From contig CAWCNY010000005.1 of the NCBI GenBank assembly GCA_963797095.1, positions 352,001 to 416,000 on the forward strand: a stretch of DNA of 64,000 nt. Direction: 5' to 3'. Below the pieces are notes generated by a model. That model saw only the letters and a program-made list of their open reading frames with translations. It was not told the DNA's origin and ran no database searches. Of the stretch, positions 10,401 through 18,638 are shown piece after piece (the first letter of the stretch is position 1; the number at the start of each line of letters is the position of its first letter). The translations under genes and the position numbers were made by a program. This DNA is from an uncultured Chloroflexia bacterium. GTDB lineage: Bacteria > Chloroflexota > Chloroflexia > QHBQ01 > JADMIH01.

Positions 10401-13400
10401 CCACCAGGCAGGTAGATCTTGCCGTTCCAGTAAGCAGCTTGAGCGTTCTGCTTGGCGGTAGGCATGTTGGCAAGTTGGGTCCAGGTCTGGCCCGTAGGGT
10501 CCCATCTCCACAGGTCGTTGAGGTAGGTGCCACTAGACGTGCCACCACCCATGACGTACACGTAGGTGCCGTCAGAGATGCCTGTATTCCGGTATCGAGC
10601 GGAAGGACCGGTGGTGGAGGTAGCCCACGGACCTGGTATCCCTCCTACCGAGCATGGTGTCGGTGATGGCCCTACCGCTGTCGGGGTTGCGCTAGCGCAG
10701 CCACCGCCTGTGACAGTAGCACTCTCCACCGAGTTGGTGTCTGCACTACCGTTGTAGCCGGTCACTGCGAATACACTGTTCCCTATCGCTGTCCCCGCTG
10801 TGAACGACCTCCCTGTCGTCATGTTCGGTCCTGCTGACCACGTGTCTGTCGTGCTATCGTAAGCCCACGTCTGGTTGAAGGTCGTCCTTGGCGCTTCACC
10901 TGCAGCGTTTGTTCCACGTCCACTCGCAGACGCATACCCACTGCTCATCATAGCTCTTGTGTCTTTGTTACCTTGAGCACTCCCAAGGAATGGATTGCCT
11001 CCTCCAAAGACGTACAGGGTGTTCCCTATCACTCCAAACCCTGCTTCGTACGTCGCCTGTGGGATCGTCGCTCTCGCTGTCCAACTGTCTCCCACTATGT
11101 CGTAGCGGTACACCAGGTTGGTCGCTCCAGCTCCGAAGCTCCCTGCCATGTAGACGTACTGCCCTATTTGCCCTGTCGCTGACCCTCCCATCACTGCTGG
11201 GATCGGCGCTTTGGCGGTGTTGTAGGTGTTGGCTACAGGGTCGTACTCCCACGTCGTGTTCGTTTCTGCGAATGAGCCGTCTATGCCTCCTATCACGTAG
11301 ATCTTGCCGTTGCCTGGATAGTAAGCCACGCTTGGGAAGAAGCGGGCTGCAGGCATGGCGGCTCCTGTGGTCCAACTGTTGCCTGCTATGTCGTACACGT
11401 AGAGGGTGTTGACCACTGCGAACGTGGAGTTTATCCCTCCGAACAGGTATATCTTGTTGTTGGAGGGGTCATAGGTTGACCTGGCATCGTACAGGCCGGC
11501 AGGTAGAGGAGCCAGGGCAGTCCAGGTGTTGGCTACCGGGTCATACCTGTTGACGGCGTTTTGGACCACACCGGAGGCATTGCCACCCGCAGCATACAGG
11601 TAGGTGCCGTTGTTGGTGACGGCGGGGCTTTCGATGGAGGCTGAGTATGGGGCTACCAGTGCCCACGGTCCCAGGCTCCCTCCTCCCGCTACACACGTCG
11701 GCGTGACCGTTGGGGTGGAAGTCGCTCCCACAGGCGTGTTGGTAGCGCATGGGCCACCACCACCCAGAGACTCGACGGCGGTCGAGCCACCGCCCGCGGC
11801 TCCGCCGCCCACGACGTAACCCCGACCCTGGAAGACCGCAGCCCCAGGTCCCTCATGATCGGCTGTATAAGATGTTCCGGTGGTCCACGAGTTGGTGGCC
11901 GGAGTGTACACGAAGATCTGCTGGTTGATCGGCCTGTTGAGGCAGCCCACCACCCATATATCACTATTCAGGGCAAAGGCCGAGTCGGATTGGCAATCGG
12001 CCTGCGGGAACGCCGCTAACGTCCGCCAGCTGTCTGTAGTCGGATTGTAGGCATACGACTGCGATACGGATCCGCCAAAGACGTATATCTCTCCGTTGTA
12101 GACAGCACCTGCCAGGTTTCCGCCGCCCGCCCCCGGCATCGGGGACTTGGTCGCATATGTATTGGTCGCCGGATTGTACTCGTAGACGGTGGTTGTAGGT
12201 GCGAATCCGGCAGCGAACCCGGCGATAATGTAGACTTTTCCATTGAACGCAGCCACTGCTGCACCTGAACGCTCGGCAGGCATCGCTGCGCCCATACCCC
12301 ATGTGTCGGTGGTGGTTGTGTAGATCTGCATGGATGTGAGGGGTCCACTGTACGATACACTGTTGTACCCGCCAGGCACGTAGATGTTATTGCCGACGGC
12401 AGCAGCCCGGGCCTGGGCATGTGGCGTCGGGATAGGTGCTAGGCTGGTCCAGGTCGTGCCGTTGAAGCTCTCCATGGCGGGTGAGTAGTCGGGAGCGGCG
12501 TTGAAGCCTGTAGCAGCGTAGAGGGTTGTACCGACTACCGCGACAGCGGCATTGCGGCGGGCATTGGTCATGTCGGGCTCGGTACGCCAGGCTGGCGGAC
12601 CGGACACGCATGTTGGTGTGGCTGTCGCCCCTGATGCCGTCGGGGTGGCGGTAGCGCCACAGCCACCTGTACCACGATACAGGTGCTCAGCAAGCGCCCC
12701 TCCGTTGTATCCACCCGTGCTCCATATCTCTCCACCCGCTCTCCCTGTCGAGTAGAACCCTGCCTGGTTCGCTTGCCTCCCGGTCGGGAGGAGTGGTGCT
12801 GATGCGGTGAACGACCCTCCTGGCCATGCCGATACACTGTACTCGTCCACTGCATTTGTGAAGTCGAAGTACGTGCCGTTCTGCGCGTCTCCTCCTATCG
12901 CATACAGCTTCCCTCCTGCCGGGTCGTAGGCCAACGCCATGTCTGCCCTGCCCTGCGTCCAGGTCGGTCCGCTCGTCCATGTCCCGCTGCTCATGTCCAA
13001 ACGCAGGCTTGCTGTCGAGTTGGCATCTGGTGCCTCCACTTTGTCTTGCCTTGCGTTCTTTATTGAACTGGCCGGTAGGTTAGGGTTGGTGTTAGGGTTG
13101 GTGCCCTTGGTCAGAGGGGTTGCCCCGTAGGAGCCTATCGCATACAGATACTGCCCCACGCTCGTATACCCACCCAGTAGGTATGGCGAGGGGGCGGCGG
13201 TACCGCTTGACCATGTGTTGCCAGTGGTGCTGTACACCTCCACCGATGTGGACGCTCCACCACTGCCGCCTCCTACCACATACACATTGGTGCCCGATGC
13301 TCCTACTGCCGACCCATAGGTGTCGGTTACTCCTGGGACCGAGGGTCCTGTGGTCCAGGTGTCAGTGCCGACGTTGTAGATGTAGAAGCCTGGTCCATCA

Positions 13401-15790
13401 AAACCCTGCGTGCAGTAGATGAACCCGCTCAGGTAGGCACAACTGTTGGCTTCGCTTGATGCGGGTACTGGAGCAAGGGTAGTCCAGGTGTTGGTGGCGG
13501 CGTTGTACCTGGAGTTGGCGGTGGTCGACGCGAATGTGGCATCCAACCCGCCGATTACATACAGGTCATTGCCGTTCTGTGCAAAGCCGTAGCGCAGTCT
13601 CGCACCAGGCAGAGCGGCCCCTGGTGTCCATACTCCTCCCGCTACACACGTTGGTGTGGCTGTCGCGCCACCCGGTGTGTTGGTAGCGGCGGGTGTGTTG
13701 GTTGGACCACAAGAACCCGCGATGAAGTTGAGTTGCAACCCACCTGTGATAGCTGGACTGGCTGTGTTGCACTTGTATTGAGTGAACACACTCCCTGTGT
13801 CCTTCTGCACTCCTATCGTCTCACTCCCTGTGTCGGTGATCCCGGTCCCATACACCACACTGAAGCTCGACGACCCCTGTGTCAATATTATCTCGTACTC
13901 CAGGGGTACGCTGTTGTCGGCGAACAGCACTGTGTGGTAATCGATGTAGAAGGTGCTCCCTACCTGGGTGGTGAAGATACCGCACCCGTTGGCCCAGGCT
14001 GTACACCCGCTCAAGCCTGTGTCAGTGCGCTGGTCGTCCCAGTATGGGAGGATGGCATAGTTCTCGGCAGCTGCAGGCAAGCAGGCATTGGTGAAGGCAT
14101 TGCCATTGGCGACAAAGCCCAAAGTGCCGTTGGAGCCGACGATGGCAGTGTTATAGGAGTTGCCGTAGAAGCTCATCGCGAATGGCAGGTTGATGGTGGT
14201 GGTGACATCATCGCCATGGTTGCTCGTATCTGTGGTGCCAGGCACAATCGTGCCTGTGGCTGTGGCTATCGTGTAGCCAGCTACACACGCTGTCGGCGTG
14301 GCTGTCGGTGGTGCCGGGGTGGAGGTAGGTGGTATTGGAGTTGAGGTGGCACATGAACTCGCGATGAAGTTGAGTTGCAACCCACCTGTGATAGCTGGAC
14401 TGGCTGTGTTGCACTTGTATTGAGTGAACACACTCCCTGTGTCCTTCTGCACTCCTATCGTCTCACTCCCTGTGTCGGTGATCCCGGTCCCATACACCAC
14501 ACTGAAGCTCGACGACCCCTGTGTCAATATTATCTCGTACTCCAGGGGTACGCTGTTGTCGGCGAACAGCACTGTGTGGTAATCGATGTAGAAGGTGCTC
14601 CCTACCTGGGTGGTGAAGATACCGCACCCGTTGGCCCAGGCTGTACACCCGCTCAAGCCTGTGTCCGTCTGCTGGTCGTCCCAGTATGGGAGGATGGCAT
14701 AGTTCTCGGCAGCTGCAGGCAAGCAGGCATTGGTGAAGGCATTGCCATTGGCGACAAAGCCCAAAGTGCCGTTGGAGCCGACGATGGCAGTGTTATAGGA
14801 GTTGCCGTAGAAGCTCACCGAGAATGGCAGGTTGATGGTGGTGGTGACATCATCGCCATGGTTGCTCGTATCTGTGGTGCCAGGCACAATCGTGCCTGTG
14901 GCTGTGGCTATCGTGTAGCTCACTGCACATGATGTGGGGGTGGCTGATGGCAACGGTGTGTTGGTCGGGCCACCTGGCGTGTTAGTTGCCCCACTTACGA
15001 TGTTACCCACTAGGCGGAACATTTGGTCAGGCACACCGGGATCTCCTACACAGACCGTTCTCTGATCCCAATCAAGACAGCCAGGGCCGAAACCACCTCC
15101 TGGGTTGCGCCAGGCAGCCGGGCCTGTTGACTGCACCATGCGATCTGTCCAGCCCCATTCGCCGCCGACAGCGAAGTCCATGACAGCTTGAACTGAGGCA
15201 AAGTAGGTTGCCCCGCCAGTAAGGTTGGCGGGGGAGGTAAGGGTTACCTGGAATAAGCCGGAGGAATTCACATAGGATTGGGCGGTAGCAGTGTAGACAG
15301 GTGTGCCAGGTATAGTGTATGTGCCCGATACTACGCTAGTGTAGAAATAAACATTGAACGAAGTAGCAGGTCCCGAGCCGTTGAAGTAGAGACCTTGCGC
15401 ATCCACCTCGGTGACCTGCCAGTTCTGCGCAGCAGGAACCGGAAAATCGTCTGCTAACTGGTTAGTGAAAGTGGCGAAACCAGCCTCGAACTGCTGGGAA
15501 TCGGTAGATAAAGAACCAGGGTTATTAACCTGATCGTAAAGAACGACATTAGGCGCTTGTGGTGCCGGTAAGTTGACGATGGTCCTCTTGGTGACACCGC
15601 TATTCGTTGTGGGCTTGGAAGTGTCTGTTTGCTTCCCTTGATCGGTTTGCTTCCCTTGAGTGGGAAGTGAAGCCACTCCCGCAGTCGGCGCTCCGGCAAA
15701 TGCGATTCCCCCCGCCGCGACTACTGCTATAAGCAACAGCACAATTGGTAGAAACCGCCAATAAGTGCGCCTGTTGGTCCTATCTGCCAT
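7484..15790 (-). CDS. Giant secreted modular surface protein: signal peptide, beta-domain, three NIDO-like domains, four Kelch propellers, beta-domain, Pro/Thr stalk, C-terminal SLH-like anchor
   Basis: 2768-aa ORF with hydrophobic N-terminal signal; Kelch repeats (G-K-I-Y-V-x-G-G ... Y-D-P-x-x-N-T-W); LPFxxSFYGNSY...SNG...YWDD domains; SLH-like FTDVHPTDWFY...FKPGNPTTRGQLAKIV. Confidence 0.88.
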   Translation of the reverse strand: MADRTNRRTYWRFLPIVLLLIAVVAAGGIAFAGAPTAGVASLPTQGKQTDQGKQTDTSKPTTNSGVTKRTIVNLPAPQAPNVVLYDQVNNPGSLSTDSQQFEAGFATFTNQLADDFPVPAAQNWQVTEVDAQGLYFNGSGPATSFNVYFYTSVVSGTYTIPGTPVYTATAQSYVNSSGLFQVTLTSPANLTGGATYFASVQAVMDFAVGGEWGWTDRMVQSTGPAAWRNPGGGFGPGCLDWDQRTVCVGDPGVPDQMFRLVGNIVSGATNTPGGPTNTPLPSATPTSCAVSYTIATATGTIVPGTTDTSNHGDDVTTTINLPFSVSFYGNSYNTAIVGSNGTLGFVANGNAFTNACLPAAAENYAILPYWDDQQTDTGLSGCTAWANGCGIFTTQVGSTFYIDYHTVLFADNSVPLEYEIILTQGSSSFSVVYGTGITDTGSETIGVQKDTGSVFTQYKCNTASPAITGGLQLNFIASSCATSTPIPPTSTPAPPTATPTACVAGYTIATATGTIVPGTTDTSNHGDDVTTTINLPFAMSFYGNSYNTAIVGSNGTLGFVANGNAFTNACLPAAAENYAILPYWDDQRTDTGLSGCTAWANGCGIFTTQVGSTFYIDYHTVLFADNSVPLEYEIILTQGSSSFSVVYGTGITDTGSETIGVQKDTGSVFTQYKCNTASPAITGGLQLNFIAGSCGPTNTPAATNTPGGATATPTCVAGGVWTPGAALPGARLRYGFAQNGNDLYVIGGLDATFASTTANSRYNAATNTWTTLAPVPASSEANSCAYLSGFIYCTQGFDGPGFYIYNVGTDTWTTGPSVPGVTDTYGSAVGASGTNVYVVGGGSGGASTSVEVYSTTGNTWSSGTAAPSPYLLGGYTSVGQYLYAIGSYGATPLTKGTNPNTNPNLPASSIKNARQDKVEAPDANSTASLRLDMSSGTWTSGPTWTQGRADMALAYDPAGGKLYAIGGDAQNGTYFDFTNAVDEYSVSAWPGGSFTASAPLLPTGRQANQAGFYSTGRAGGEIWSTGGYNGGALAEHLYRGTGGCGATATPTASGATATPTCVSGPPAWRTEPDMTNARRNAAVAVVGTTLYAATGFNAAPDYSPAMESFNGTTWTSLAPIPTPHAQARAAAVGNNIYVPGGYNSVSYSGPLTSMQIYTTTTDTWGMGAAMPAERSGAAVAAFNGKVYIIAGFAAGFAPTTTVYEYNPATNTYATKSPMPGAGGGNLAGAVYNGEIYVFGGSVSQSYAYNPTTDSWRTLAAFPQADCQSDSAFALNSDIWVVGCLNRPINQQIFVYTPATNSWTTGTSYTADHEGPGAAVFQGRGYVVGGGAAGGGSTAVESLGGGGPCATNTPVGATSTPTVTPTCVAGGGSLGPWALVAPYSASIESPAVTNNGTYLYAAGGNASGVVQNAVNRYDPVANTWTALAPLPAGLYDARSTYDPSNNKIYLFGGINSTFAVVNTLYVYDIAGNSWTTGAAMPAARFFPSVAYYPGNGKIYVIGGIDGSFAETNTTWEYDPVANTYNTAKAPIPAVMGGSATGQIGQYVYMAGSFGAGATNLVYRYDIVGDSWTARATIPQATYEAGFGVIGNTLYVFGGGNPFLGSAQGNKDTRAMMSSGYASASGRGTNAAGEAPRTTFNQTWAYDSTTDTWSAGPNMTTGRSFTAGTAIGNSVFAVTGYNGSADTNSVESATVTGGGCASATPTAVGPSPTPCSVGGIPGPWATSTTGPSARYRNTGISDGTYVYVMGGGTSSGTYLNDLWRWDPTGQTWTQLANMPTAKQNAQAAYWNGKIYLPGGYIGTHITENAIYDIASNTWSTGAPLPAARSGMSAAYNGKIYVVGGNPVPFNDIIVYDIATDSWSTAGATLPVGLAYGRAITVGSYIYVIGGIAGGTTVGTVYRYDPVADVVTTMAPLQQARTWEELMSDGTSIFAVAGGGPGTSYFNGVPLANTVEIYDIATDSWTYGNPVVTTASSVGGGSAGGKLMIQGGVDGVSYYDLVQVSTLQGGGGCTPVPTNTPGGPTNTPLPSATPTTCVANYTLTTSTGATIVPGTTMVSGSNCDDCVNPAAIPFPFTFYGNSYSSVNVDSNGTLQFVSSTSTFTNACEPYASHNYVIHAYWDDLLLTTAGDGIYTSVSGSAPNRIFNVEWRGCYYSGGVCGTRVSFEARLYEGTGQIDVIYATVGNGNSSATGGVQKDTGSLFLQAFCNGSGQPVSAGSMFTYMPGSCATGTPATATPTNTPGGATATPTCAAGGPVTFQLDDGSIENSIGLNNGTTSYPAIWINRYSPTAGQYPLTLNQISVLFPAPAMAGADLTGRAIDLLVYLDTDGNNDPSNATKLAQIPETVTVADGVTFSQYAVNVAVSGPGDVYIGFSDTYNSGGVTPVTYPSSIDTTASQVRSWVAGMSTNADPDYDNLGNNDLLGIIDDFGFAGNWMIRASGTVGGGCTTETPTTEPATSTPTDTPVVPPTDTATDTPVVPPTDTDTPVVPPTDTDTPVVPPTATDTAVVPPTDTAVVPPTATDTAVVPTATATATACPVDFTDVHPTDWFYEYVQWMYCHGVVNGYSTSPPCDTGTPCFKPGNPTTRGQLAKIVVLAFNFTIDTTGGPHFQDVPIGHTFYVHVETAYNLGLIVGYPCGGPGEPCGAGSKPYYRPASYVTRGQITKIVVGAAVLADPSNWTLENPPTNTFEDVAVGSTFYQYIETAYSHGVIEGYPCGTPPAGPCVAPGNKPYFLPNADATRAQISKIAYLSVLYTPAAHRPSDFHASLPRR
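8195..8425. repeat. Coding tandem repeats forming the Pro/Thr stalk (PVVPPTDT/AVVPPTAT units)
   Basis: About seven imperfect 24-36 bp units; boundaries approximate. Confidence 0.75.
13718..14919. repeat. Near-identical 560-bp direct repeat (13718-14277 and 14360-14919) encoding a duplicated NIDO-like module
   Basis: Offset 642 bp; by eye only five substitutions, in two clusters (QRT/QQT and FAMS/FSVS). Confidence 0.92.
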
Positions 15791-16088
15791 GTCTTCTCTC
15801 CTTCCTTCAATTACGAAATTACGACATGCCGCGAACTATACCAACTTCTCTCCTGGTCTTTTCTCCATCTCAGGGTTCTGCTTTGATGGCTAGCTGATCC
15901 TAGGTCACCCGATCACCAGCCACTTGACAAACACCCTTGAGGATAAGTTTACGCCCGTATTCAATTGTAAATATTAAGTTGTGGTGCTATAGGATACCAA
16001 TAATGAGTGACACGTATTCGTGGGATTTACGCAAGACGCCACTCAAAGGGCAAGACAAAGGTCGCCAGGGACGGCCTTGAACGCACTG

Positions 16089-16117
16089 ATTATAGAGCAG
16101 TACAGGTCCCTTGTCAA
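16089..16117 (-). promoter_or_regulatory. Consensus sigma70-type promoter for the surface-protein gene
   Basis: Minus strand TTGACA-N17-TATAAT, implying a 5' UTR of about 290 nt before the ATG at 15790. Confidence 0.75.
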
Positions 16118-16196
16118 TAGAAATCTTTGGATTCGTTCGGGCAATTTCCATTGGCTGCTACCTTCGCTGGATGGTGGTCGGGTATAATGGGGGCGT

Positions 16197-18542
16197 ATGT
16201 TTCTTTCGCTTAGAAAAGCGTACCGGGACCTGACGCGCAGGCGCTTGAGGTCGCTGCTCACCATCATCGGTATAGTGATAGGTGTGGGTGGCCTGATGGC
16301 TATTACATCCACCTCGAAGAATATGACGGCGGCGCAGGCCTCGGCTTACAATAACAACTCCCAGCAGGATATGCGCTGGTGGCTGGGTGGAGCGCCAAAT
16401 AGCTTGATGGATGCGGTGGCGCAGGTTCCGAACGTAGAGAGTGTGGATATACGCGCGCAGTATTACACCAAATGGTATGCATCGGGCGCATGGCGCGACA
16501 TGTTGTTCAACGGCATACGAGACTTCAGCGATATGCGCGTCAATAGAGTTGATCTGGTAGAGGGGCGCTGGCCTCGCCGGGGAGAGGTAGTGCTGGAGAC
16601 CTCGGTGCGAGATGTGGCCCCTGTGCAGATCGGTGATGAGATCACATACCGGTCGAGTGAAAACGAGACGAAACATCTGCTTGTGGTGGGGTTCGCCAAG
16701 TCGCCGTCCTATCCATCAGCCAATATCATCGGCACGTCCGTTGGCTATGCACCGGAAGACGACGTTGAGAAGATGTACAGCTTGAACGGCGCGAACCAGA
16801 TCCTTGTGCGGCTCAAGGACTTCTCACCGGGGCTACGGGCAGACACACGGCAGGATATCGAGCGGGTGTTCGTCAAGCGGAACCTGCAATACGCATCCTA
16901 CTGGGAGCGCAACCCCGATGATTATGTGGGCAAGCGCCAGCTTGACGCGCTGGTAGCCTTGATGACGGTGTTCTCCATCGTGGGGCTGGTGATCGCGTCG
17001 TTTCTGGTAGCGAACACACTCGCCGCTGTTATCTCGGAGCAAATGGGCGAGATCGGGGCCATGAAGGCGATAGGGGCCACCGGCGGTAAGGTGGTGAGCG
17101 TGTACATCATGGCCGGGATCATGTATGGGGTGGTGGGTACGGGGTTGGGCCTGGTGCTGGGAGTGGCGGGCGGTTGGGGCTTGATGACCTACCTGGGCAA
17201 TCTGTTCAACCTTAGCATCAATGGTATCTCGGTCGATCCCGTGGACGTGGCGCAAGGCGTAGGGGTTGGCGTGGGTGTGACCACGCTGGCGGCGTATCTG
17301 CCCGCGTGGAGGGGTACAGCGATAACCGTGCGAAAAGCACTGGATAGCTACGGCATCACGGCCACTTATGGGCAGGGCGCTCTCGACAAGTTCATCCAGA
17401 GGCTGAGTAGATTGCCCAGGATACCGGGGATGGCCTTGCGGAACCTGGCACGACGTAAAGTGCGCAACCTTGTGACCGTGGGGGCCATCGCGCTGGCTAC
17501 GGCGGCATTCCTTGCCGCGCAAAGCACCAGCGACTCTGTAAACCTTTCCATCGCAAATGCGTATGATGTATATGGAAGCGATGCCTGGGTGTGGTTCAAC
17601 TCACCCGTAACGCAGGGCTTCGCAGAAAGCCTGCATTCGCTCCCTGAAGTGGTGGAGGTCGAACCCTGGGCCAATTCGAGCGCTGCCGTGGCGGATTTGA
17701 AGGTGACGATGTGGGGCATCCCGCCCGATACACATCTTTATAATTACAAGCTGACAGCGGGCCGCTGGTTGAAGGAAGATGAACCTTTTGGTGCGGTGCT
17801 TTCGTCGCGTTTTGCGGATTCCGAGGGCTACCACCTGGGAGACAGCATCGAACTGCGGACAGGGGGCGAGGACGCGTGGCTGACGGTAGTCGGCATGGTG
17901 AACGACAACGCCCAGGGCCTGCAATCATCGAGCAAGGGCAAGGTGTTTGTATCGCTCAATACAGCCGATACGTTGCTGCGCACAGGTAACAATGCGGACT
18001 TTTTTGCGGTACGGTTGCGAGACCACGATGGCCCATCGGTCGAGGCGGCGCTCGGCGCAATCGAGAAGAAATACCGCGACCTGTCGCCGGGGATGCTGGC
18101 AGCGTACGCCGACGAAGAGTTGAGCCTGGAAGCTAGCAAGATATTGACGATACTCCTCTACGCGATGACCATCATAGTGGGCGCGATTGGCGGCATAGGC
18201 GTCGCCAACACGCTTACTCTGAATGTGCTTGAGCGGAGGCGGGAAATTGGCGTGATGCGCGCCGTTGGCGGGCAGAACGGGCATCTGGTGCAGGTGTTTC
18301 TCACAGAAGCGTTAGCCATGGGCGGTATGGGGTTCGTGATCGGGTTGGCGGTTGGATTGCCGATGGCACGCCTGCTGGTGTGGCTGATGGAGCAGGTGCT
18401 CTTTCCGCTAGATTTCATCTTCCCGGCTCAGATGGTGGTCATGGCGTTGGTGTTTACGATACTGCTGACTATGCTCGCCAGCATTGGCCCGGCGTTGGGC
18501 GCTGCACGTCTGAAGGTCAGCCAGGCACTCAGGTACGAATGA
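16197..18542 (+). CDS. ABC transporter permease with two MacB-PCD/FtsX modules
   Basis: RSLLTIIGIVIGV, EIGAMKAIGA and ERRREIGVMRAVG motifs; duplicated 4-TM architecture. Confidence 0.9.
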   Translation: MFLSLRKAYRDLTRRRLRSLLTIIGIVIGVGGLMAITSTSKNMTAAQASAYNNNSQQDMRWWLGGAPNSLMDAVAQVPNVESVDIRAQYYTKWYASGAWRDMLFNGIRDFSDMRVNRVDLVEGRWPRRGEVVLETSVRDVAPVQIGDEITYRSSENETKHLLVVGFAKSPSYPSANIIGTSVGYAPEDDVEKMYSLNGANQILVRLKDFSPGLRADTRQDIERVFVKRNLQYASYWERNPDDYVGKRQLDALVALMTVFSIVGLVIASFLVANTLAAVISEQMGEIGAMKAIGATGGKVVSVYIMAGIMYGVVGTGLGLVLGVAGGWGLMTYLGNLFNLSINGISVDPVDVAQGVGVGVGVTTLAAYLPAWRGTAITVRKALDSYGITATYGQGALDKFIQRLSRLPRIPGMALRNLARRKVRNLVTVGAIALATAAFLAAQSTSDSVNLSIANAYDVYGSDAWVWFNSPVTQGFAESLHSLPEVVEVEPWANSSAAVADLKVTMWGIPPDTHLYNYKLTAGRWLKEDEPFGAVLSSRFADSEGYHLGDSIELRTGGEDAWLTVVGMVNDNAQGLQSSSKGKVFVSLNTADTLLRTGNNADFFAVRLRDHDGPSVEAALGAIEKKYRDLSPGMLAAYADEELSLEASKILTILLYAMTIIVGAIGGIGVANTLTLNVLERRREIGVMRAVGGQNGHLVQVFLTEALAMGGMGFVIGLAVGLPMARLLVWLMEQVLFPLDFIFPAQMVVMALVFTILLTMLASIGPALGAARLKVSQALRYE

Positions 18543-18638
18543 GTAAGGACAGGAACAAGGAACTTGCTACTCGTCACTCGTCACTCGTCAGGATAACTGT
18601 TTGGTCTGAGTTTGGAACGAATAGAATACGGGGTTGAT

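Noticed and set aside
13718-14919. DGR template/variable repeat pair
   Set aside because: Both copies are coding, the few differences are not adenine-specific, and no reverse transcriptase is present.
15791-16088. Riboswitch in the long surface-protein 5' UTR
   Set aside because: One hairpin at about 15886-15923 but no aptamer consensus I recognise. An Rfam scan would be needed.
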